13,215 nucleotides of DNA from Gemmatimonadaceae bacterium (lineage in GTDB: Bacteria > Gemmatimonadota > Gemmatimonadetes > Gemmatimonadales > Gemmatimonadaceae), in contig JBBDYA010000043.1 of assembly GCA_040902005.1 (NCBI GenBank), positions 1-13,215 on the forward strand, given 5' to 3'. Positions 8,170-13,215 of this stretch are shown here, in pieces. The notes under the pieces were generated by a model, which did no database searches, was not told where the DNA came from, and was given only the letters and a program-made list of their open reading frames with translations. The translations under genes and the position numbers were made by a program. Each line of letters starts with the position of its first letter. Within the stretch, counting starts at the first letter, position 1.

Positions 8170-9633
8170 ATGCCTAGCCTGCGCGCGCGACGTGTAGGAT
8201 TCAGAGCAACCGTCTTGTCATACGTCGTCGTTGGCACGACTGCTGGCTACTGCTACGCCTGCCCGCCGCCTGCAGTAGAATCTCCTCACGTGGCAGGTAT
8301 TCGTATCGTGCCCGAGGAGATCTGGGCCGCTCCGTCCGAGCAATTCGTCGTTCGAGCAAGGCTCATCGACGAATGGGGTAACGTCTATCCGGACGATCGC
8401 GCGGGGGAGCTCAGCTGGACCAGTGCGGACCTGACACTCGAGGGTGCGGCGAAGGGCCCGGTAGTGGTGGCCTCGCTTCCGGTCGGTGCGACGGGTGCGT
8501 CGCGTCTGACCGCAGAGCTCGAGGGATACGAGCCCGTTTCCATTCCAGTCTATGCGAGCATCGCCGGAATCTGGCCGACCGAAATAGACCTCGCTCGCGT
8601 CAAGCCGGAGCCTGCCACTCCACCCGTGCTCTTCATGCTCGACGGAATGGCCTCGTCGAGGGTCGAAGACACGCTGATTGCGATCGTCGGGCGCGGGGCT
8701 CTCGATTACTTCAGCTGCTCATCAACAGATCCGAAGTGTGGCGAGATCACAATATTCTCCACTCGGCACGGGCTCGTGCGACAGACCGACGTTCAATGGG
8801 GCGACCGCTGCGACGATGTCGATGCCCACAATCCGTCCAGTACGAGCGCAGCATGCGTAGCTGCCAGTCCGGTCAAGGTCCCTTTGCCTGCCATCCGAAC
8901 CGTGCCGGTGCAGTATGTCGTGCTTGCATCCGGTGCCCGCACGGGCTCCGTATCGAGCGATGCAGCCGCACTGTCATCCGCGATCAATCTTGAAGAGAGC
9001 ATTCTGATCGAAATCGGATTCGCTGCGCGTGTGTTCGCCGAGGGCTGGACGGGTCTTGACCTGTCGCTGGCTCCCGGGATTGTGATCCCTGGGCTCGTAA
9101 CCAGCGTCACGCTCGCGATAGGAGCTGACGATCCCTGCATGAGCCAGGACACACCGGTGGGAGAGCAACTGATCGGCGTAACGGTCGATCCGTCGAAGAT
9201 CACCGTCGCGTACGTTCAGGAAATCATGGCTCTCGGTGGCGAGGACATAACCTGGGCCAAGGGATTTGCTTGTCCCTGGAACAACCGTTTTGGATCGATA
9301 GTGTTGGTTTCATGGAACGGCGCGTCACCCACGACGCTCGCACACGAATTGGCGCACGCATTGGGTCCTTGGCAGACTGAGTCACCGTGGGGGCACACGG
9401 AGGGAATCGCGGGTTTCAACGAGTCGAATATCCTCTGGAACTATGAGGCCGATTACAAACCCGGTCCGAGGTCTCAAGTGACACTGGGACAGGCATTTCG
9501 GATGAGTCTCGATGGAAACGCGTTCTTTCATCGCGGCACCGCGAGCTCTTTTCCGCGATGTCAGTTCTGGCCAACGACCGCAGATCCGGACACTCCTTGT
9601 CCGCGCCTTTCGCGGGGCGTGGCGTCGCCATGA
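8170..9633 (+). CDS. Exported Cys-rich protein with N-terminal Ig-like (Big_2-type) domain and C-terminal HExxH zinc-metalloprotease-like (metzincin-like) domain, 487 aa
   Basis: Basic N-terminus, hydrophobic stretch, then Cys (AGYCYAC; possible lipoprotein). The pattern IRIVPEEIWAAP...VRARLIDEWGN...LSWTS resembles Ig group 2 domains. TTLAHELAHALG (HExxH at 9343-9357) is followed by His 9394-9396 and SNILW. The protein has 10 Cys, and its stop overlaps the next start (ATGA). Confidence 0.7.
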   Translation: MPSLRARRVGFRATVLSYVVVGTTAGYCYACPPPAVESPHVAGIRIVPEEIWAAPSEQFVVRARLIDEWGNVYPDDRAGELSWTSADLTLEGAAKGPVVVASLPVGATGASRLTAELEGYEPVSIPVYASIAGIWPTEIDLARVKPEPATPPVLFMLDGMASSRVEDTLIAIVGRGALDYFSCSSTDPKCGEITIFSTRHGLVRQTDVQWGDRCDDVDAHNPSSTSAACVAASPVKVPLPAIRTVPVQYVVLASGARTGSVSSDAAALSSAINLEESILIEIGFAARVFAEGWTGLDLSLAPGIVIPGLVTSVTLAIGADDPCMSQDTPVGEQLIGVTVDPSKITVAYVQEIMALGGEDITWAKGFACPWNNRFGSIVLVSWNGASPTTLAHELAHALGPWQTESPWGHTEGIAGFNESNILWNYEADYKPGPRSQVTLGQAFRMSLDGNAFFHRGTASSFPRCQFWPTTADPDTPCPRLSRGVASP

Positions 9634-10766
9634 CCGGACGCCTTCGAAGTGTCATCAGGGCGGCTCTTGTCGCATTAACAGGCGCGACATTGAACTCGTG
9701 CGCACTCGATCAGCGTGAGGAGCGCGCGATAGACGCTTGGTTGAATTGCGACGAATGTGTCGATGGCGAGCGCGAAGCAGTGCGACGAATCGGGGCGAAA
9801 GCCATTCCGCGACTTGAGAGTGCTCTCAGAGACGGCCCTGACGCCACTCGCTTGGCCACCATGCGTGAAAAATTCAATGCCATCCACGGATGGGCCGCAG
9901 CGCGCGGCGACAAAGCGTCCTTTGTCGCTTTCGCCGAGCAGAACTACGTCGCGAACTACCAGAAGCGTGCGGCGCTCGCGCTCCGGGACATAGGGACACC
10001 TCGCGCAACGCAGGCGTTGCGCTCCGCCCTATCCGGTTCTTATCGGCCCGACGTTGCTGAAGTGATCCAGTACGCCAGCAGCACGATCGACACCGCAAAG
10101 TTTACTGGAACGATCACGCCGTCGTCAGCCGTGTATGGAGACACCGTCGTCGTGCGGCCTCCGGCCTACCAGCCATTCGATGGCAATGAGCTGCTGGCTG
10201 TTGATACTACGGCCTGCGATCCCGATGACCCGCCCGTCGCGCTGTCCGCAACCCGGATGACCGTCCTGATCGCGGGGCAGATGGGAGCGCGAACACTGAC
10301 GATCTGCAACGTTGGGCCGACCAACATCACCCAGACGGCTTCGTTCGTTATCAGGTCGGTGGACGATCCCAACGATCGCCGAATGTCAGCATGCACGGAC
10401 CTTGCGTGCCGCATCTCAATGGCGCCGCTCCTGATCCGAGGTCAGCTGACACCAGCGAATCCTGTCACGGCCAAATTGTCCCTGTGGAAATCAGTCAGCT
10501 CACAGGACACACTCGACTTTTTCAAGTTCCAGCCTGTCGCGGCGACCTCAGTCACGGCAGAACTGGAGTGGGGTTCGTCGGCAGATCTCGACTTGCGCTG
10601 GATTTCGTGTACGGGTCCGCCAACGGGCAACACCGACGGCGCAACCTCGAGCCGCCCGGAGCGAACCACGTTCGTCATTCCTGCCGGCTCATGCACGGTG
10701 CTGCTCGTCCACCTGAAATCAGACGCGGCGCTCGAACACGTGAGACTGCGACTCACGACGCCATGA
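9630..10766 (+). CDS. Putative lipoprotein with CxxC motif, HEAT/PBS-like helical region, Ig/IPT-like middle and C-terminal PPC-like beta-sandwich (378 aa)
   Basis: ATG at 9630 overlaps the upstream TGA and gives a type II signal peptide (MTGRLRSVIRAALVALTGATLNS|C), so it is preferred over the track start at 9558. Contains WLNCDECVDGE, HEAT-like IGAKAIPRLESALRDG and RAALALRDIGTPRATQALRSAL, IPT-like TITPSSAVYGDTVVV, and PPC-like DFFKF...VTAELEWGSSADLDL...SSRPE. Confidence 0.7.
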   Translation: MTGRLRSVIRAALVALTGATLNSCALDQREERAIDAWLNCDECVDGEREAVRRIGAKAIPRLESALRDGPDATRLATMREKFNAIHGWAAARGDKASFVAFAEQNYVANYQKRAALALRDIGTPRATQALRSALSGSYRPDVAEVIQYASSTIDTAKFTGTITPSSAVYGDTVVVRPPAYQPFDGNELLAVDTTACDPDDPPVALSATRMTVLIAGQMGARTLTICNVGPTNITQTASFVIRSVDDPNDRRMSACTDLACRISMAPLLIRGQLTPANPVTAKLSLWKSVSSQDTLDFFKFQPVAATSVTAELEWGSSADLDLRWISCTGPPTGNTDGATSSRPERTTFVIPAGSCTVLLVHLKSDAALEHVRLRLTTP

Positions 10767-10805
10767 ACGCCTTCTCCCACTTCACAATTCCATCATGGAG
10801 GTAAG

Positions 10806-11072
10806 GTGACGACAATCGAGAAATGGATTCTCGCCTTGGTATTAATTGTCGGCTTCGGGACCATTGGCGTTGTGCTGTTCAATTTCAGCAGGCACCTGGC
10901 GCGAATCGATGAGAATGGCAGGGAACTTACGACGTGGGCAACAAGAACGGCCGCTTGGACAACGGAACTCCGTACAAAACACCTCGCCGCGCAGCTCGCT
11001 GCAGATCACGCTTCCTGGAAAGTCGCGCCGGACCACGTGCAGCCACCGCCGGATCCGCCGCCGGAGTGGTAG
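10806..11072 (+). CDS. Small single-pass membrane protein with Pro-rich C-terminus (PPPDPPPEW), 88 aa
   Basis: GGAGGT (10797-10802) precedes GTG at 10806. N-terminal hydrophobic helix WILALVLIVGFGTIGVVLF, then an amphipathic helix. Tandem stops TAG-TGA. Co-oriented and 39 nt downstream of the lipoprotein gene. Confidence 0.75.
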   Translation: MTTIEKWILALVLIVGFGTIGVVLFNFSRHLARIDENGRELTTWATRTAAWTTELRTKHLAAQLAADHASWKVAPDHVQPPPDPPPEW

Positions 11073-11108
11073 TGATCAGGGCCTTCTTCACCCAGCACCT
11101 GAGCACTT

Positions 11109-11155
11109 CCGCCACACTCCACGCCTGCCGCATACCCGCGTGGAGTGCACGGCGG
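11109..11155. terminator. Extended hairpin between convergent genes
   Basis: CACTCCACGC (11115-11124) pairs perfectly with GCGTGGAGTG (11138-11147) around a 13-nt loop. It is extended past an internal loop by CCGCC (11109-11113)/GGCGG (11151-11155). No U-tract. Confidence 0.5.
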
Positions 11156-11198
11156 TTCCGCGTGTCGAATCACGGCACCGACGGAAGCCGGGCGTCTG

Positions 11199-12548
11199 TC
11201 AGCACTCCGGCTTGATGAAGGCGCACTTCCGCTGCGCATAGTACGCCGCCTCGAGCACCATGGCCGCCGTGTTCAGGTTGAAGCTCGGCGTCGCACGCTT
11301 CGATCGCTCGTACACGCCGGCCGTCCATCCGCGGCCGGATGCGCCGGCGGGGCGCACCGCGCGCACGGCGGACCAGGTATAGTCGCTCGGAAAGAGCGCG
11401 TGCCAGCCAAAGGCCGCCTTCGCGCTGATCCAGCGCGGATAGGACGTGCTGGCCGCGCCGCCGGGAGCGCGCACCACGAAATCCTTTCCGTCTCCATGCA
11501 GGAGATAGTAGTAGAAGTGCGCCGGTTTCACGGGAATGGCGTCCTCGCTCACCATCGTGATGATCTTCGTTCTGTTGAAGCGCTCCCGTTGCGCCGCCAG
11601 CACGTTGCGCGCCTGACTCTCCCATTCCGGTGATGCCCAGCCGAGCTCCATGCCCATCATGAGGAAGGGCTCACTCGTCACGTACTCGTCCCCCCTTCGG
11701 TCCGCCAGGATGCGATGGCCCAGGATGTCGATCGGCTTGCCGTTGGCGCGGAAGTCCAGCGCGCTGTCCGCGCGCACACCCCAGAGGGCCAGTCCCTGCG
11801 CCGCATACTGCTCGTATCCGATACGGCCTTCCTGATACTCGTAGTGGTTGTCGTGCTTAAGGTCGGTCGTGGCACCCACGAGATAGCCGTTGCGTGCCAT
11901 GCGGCCGAGATCGAGCCGATCGACGATGCGCTGCACCGACGCCCGCGCCGCGGGGTCGTTCTCCGCGATGACCTTCAGCCAGACGAGAAACCGTCCCATG
12001 TCCAGTGCGGACCATCCGAAGCCGCGCGTGCTCCGCTCCTGCGACCGGTCCACCATGGCCGCGTTGCGCGCGTCGTACTGCTTGTTGAATGCCACGCTCT
12101 CGTACAGCGCCATCGATTCCAGCGTCGCGAGCGCCTGATCCATGCGCCTGCGATAGTCCGCCGTCGGAATGAGTCCCAGTCCATGCGCGGCGTGGTACGC
12201 CGCCAGCGCGCCCGTAATGTCCCAGATCGTGACATAGCGCCACGTTTCCAGGGCTCCCACCAGCCCGCTCTGGGTGAAGTAGTTGCGGCTGACATAACTC
12301 CACGCCGTTCGCGCCGAGGCCAGGAGCACCCGCTGTTGCTCCTCGACGCTCACGCTCGGCGGGTCGAACGTGGCACCGGGCGGGACCGGCGCCGACACGG
12401 GCGCCACCTGCTGTGCGGGGCCCGCGCGCTGGTCGCGCTCGCTCCGCGGAGCCCTTGCGTCGCCCTGGCACTGGGCGGCCGTGCTACCGATGACCAGCAG
12501 CGACGTCCCGAGGGCGATTCGGAGGGCGAATGTGGTTGGGGTGCTCAT
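11199..12548 (-). CDS. Exported DUF3131-domain protein (glycoamylase/(alpha/alpha)6 glycoside-hydrolase-like, glucan-related), about 449 aa
   Basis: Recalled DUF3131 pattern: AWSYVSRNYFTQSGLV, TIWD, AAHGLGLI, FNKQY, GWSALDMGRFLVWL, EGRIGYEQYAAQG, TSEPFLMMGMELG, SEDAI, NTAAMVLEA. ATG at 12548 gives a signal peptide with possible lipobox (GSTAAQ|C) followed by a Pro/Gln/Ala linker, so it is preferred over 12653. Confidence 0.8.
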   Translation of the reverse strand: MSTPTTFALRIALGTSLLVIGSTAAQCQGDARAPRSERDQRAGPAQQVAPVSAPVPPGATFDPPSVSVEEQQRVLLASARTAWSYVSRNYFTQSGLVGALETWRYVTIWDITGALAAYHAAHGLGLIPTADYRRRMDQALATLESMALYESVAFNKQYDARNAAMVDRSQERSTRGFGWSALDMGRFLVWLKVIAENDPAARASVQRIVDRLDLGRMARNGYLVGATTDLKHDNHYEYQEGRIGYEQYAAQGLALWGVRADSALDFRANGKPIDILGHRILADRRGDEYVTSEPFLMMGMELGWASPEWESQARNVLAAQRERFNRTKIITMVSEDAIPVKPAHFYYYLLHGDGKDFVVRAPGGAASTSYPRWISAKAAFGWHALFPSDYTWSAVRAVRPAGASGRGWTAGVYERSKRATPSFNLNTAAMVLEAAYYAQRKCAFIKPEC

Positions 12549-12754
12549 GGCGTGGCGAACGTGCAAGGGACGCACCCCGAGGCCAGCAGGTGGACCTACG
12601 GTGGCCCAACAGTCAGTGATTCCGGCTGTGCCCGCTAACTCCATGATACACATGCACTTGCTAATTGCATACAGAACCGCTTAATTGCGAGAGCATCGGC
12701 GAAATGCCGAGGCGCGGTGTATTGGACCGGAAGTGAAGGCAACCGGCATGTGCA

Positions 12755-12850
12755 CCTTCGTAACAAGGGCAAAGCCACCGAAAGGTGGTGACGCAAAGTT
12801 CCGGGGCTTCGGCGCGAGTTCTCGCGCAAAGCCGGCCGAATCGCCGAAGG
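12755..12850 (+). ncRNA. Cyclic di-GMP-I (GEMM) riboswitch
   Basis: Hallmark GGGCAAA-GCCACC-GAAA-GGTGGT-GACGCAAA (12767-12797: P2 with GNRA tetraloop). P3 is capped by CGCGAG-TT-CTCGCG, and the 3' end is GCCGAAGG. P1 is CCTTCG (12755-12760)/CGAAGG (12845-12850). It lies directly 5' of a CDS. Confidence 0.9.
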
Positions 12851-12858
12851 AGTGGAGC

Positions 12859-13215
12859 ATGAAGAAAAACAATCGCCGAGTCTCACGACTGCACGTGCGC
12901 CGTGCCGTTCGCAATGCCGCCGTTGCCGGGATCGCCCTCGTGGCGGCCGTGCAGACGTCGAGCGCTGTCCTGCCGAACGTCGCGAACGCGGTCAGCGGGA
13001 TGATGGGGATGAAGCTGTTCATCAGTTCCGACTCCCCCGCGCAACGCCAGGCGGATGCCTGGCGCCGCTCCCGACCGGCCGACGCCGTGCTCATGGACCG
13101 CATCGCCAAACAGCCCGTCGCGAAGTGGATGGGCAACTGGAACACCGACGTGCGGCGCGACGTGGCCAGCGTGGTGTCACGCGCCACGTCCCAGGGCACC
13201 GCGCCGGTGTTCGTC
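12859..13215 (+). CDS. Glycoside hydrolase family 6 (endoglucanase/cellulase-like), N-terminal 119 codons, runs off window end
   Basis: Not in the ORF track. My translation: MKKNNRRVSRLHVRRAVRNAAVAGIALVAAVQTSSAVLPNVANAVSGMMGMKLFISSDSPAQRQADAWRRSRPADAVLMDRIAKQPVAKWMGNWNTDVRRDVASVVSRATSQGTAPVFV. This is a signal peptide followed by the GH6 N-terminal pattern (LF...S.A...W...IA..P.A.W...V..A...G..PV.V). RBS AAGGAG at 12847-12852. The catalytic motifs lie beyond the window. Confidence 0.8.
   Translation, partial: MKKNNRRVSRLHVRRAVRNAAVAGIALVAAVQTSSAVLPNVANAVSGMMGMKLFISSDSPAQRQADAWRRSRPADAVLMDRIAKQPVAKWMGNWNTDVRRDVASVVSRATSQGTAPVFV

Noticed and set aside
8170..8205. Tat signal (ARRVGF) in the HExxH protein
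   Set aside because: Poor match to S/T-R-R-x-F-L-K; it is more simply a basic n-region of a Sec or lipoprotein signal.
9558..9629. Track start of the 402-aa ORF at 9558
   Set aside because: It would overlap the upstream gene by 76 nt and bury the signal peptide; ATG 9630 gives an ATGA overlap and a clean lipoprotein signal.
11109..11155. Hairpin as an integron attC site or transposon end
   Set aside because: It lacks RYYYAAC/GTTRRRY core boxes, there is no integrase or transposase in the window, and I found no matching repeat or target duplication at the other junction.
11715..12638. 307-aa + strand ORF
   Set aside because: It is the antisense shadow of the DUF3131 gene, with no recognisable motifs.
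12641..12760. Sigma-54 promoter suggested by TTGC motifs
   Set aside because: I found no GG-N10-GC arrangement with TGGCAC-like context on either strand.
12681..13199. 172-aa - strand ORF in the track
   Set aside because: It is antisense to the GH6 gene and the riboswitch, both of which have much stronger support.
1..13215. CRISPR array, tRNA/rRNA, IS elements, RiPP modification enzymes
   Set aside because: I saw no regularly spaced repeats, no tRNA/rRNA-like sequence, no transposase, and no radical SAM, YcaO, ATP-grasp or lanthipeptide enzyme that would make the 88-aa protein a classical RiPP precursor.

Overview
GC-rich bacterial DNA; the gene families and the kinase architecture suggest Gemmatimonadota, which is an inference. 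Three blocks are visible. (1) 159-5033 (+): two secreted peptidases, an M14 zinc carboxypeptidase-like protein and an S9 acylaminoacyl/dipeptidyl-peptidase-like protein, closed by a GC hairpin. (2) About 5121-11072: a compositionally distinct block (more A/T, relaxed codon usage) bounded by hairpins. It holds a membrane-spanning Hanks-type Ser/Thr kinase with a large extracytoplasmic helical-repeat region, transcribed divergently from a tightly coupled three-gene operon. The operon encodes a Cys-rich exported Ig-like + HExxH metalloprotease-like protein, a lipoprotein with CxxC/HEAT-like/PPC-like domains, and an 88-aa membrane-anchored peptide ending in PPPDPPPEW. The shared intergenic region has two GTGA-N6-TCAC palindromes. 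This four-gene module is the best candidate for an undescribed system, possibly protease/peptide/receptor-kinase signalling. (3) 11199-13215: a DUF3131 glycan-related gene (-) divergent from a truncated GH6 cellulase-like gene (+) that the ORF track misses. The GH6 gene is preceded by a c-di-GMP-I riboswitch whose P1 stem overlaps the ribosome-binding site.
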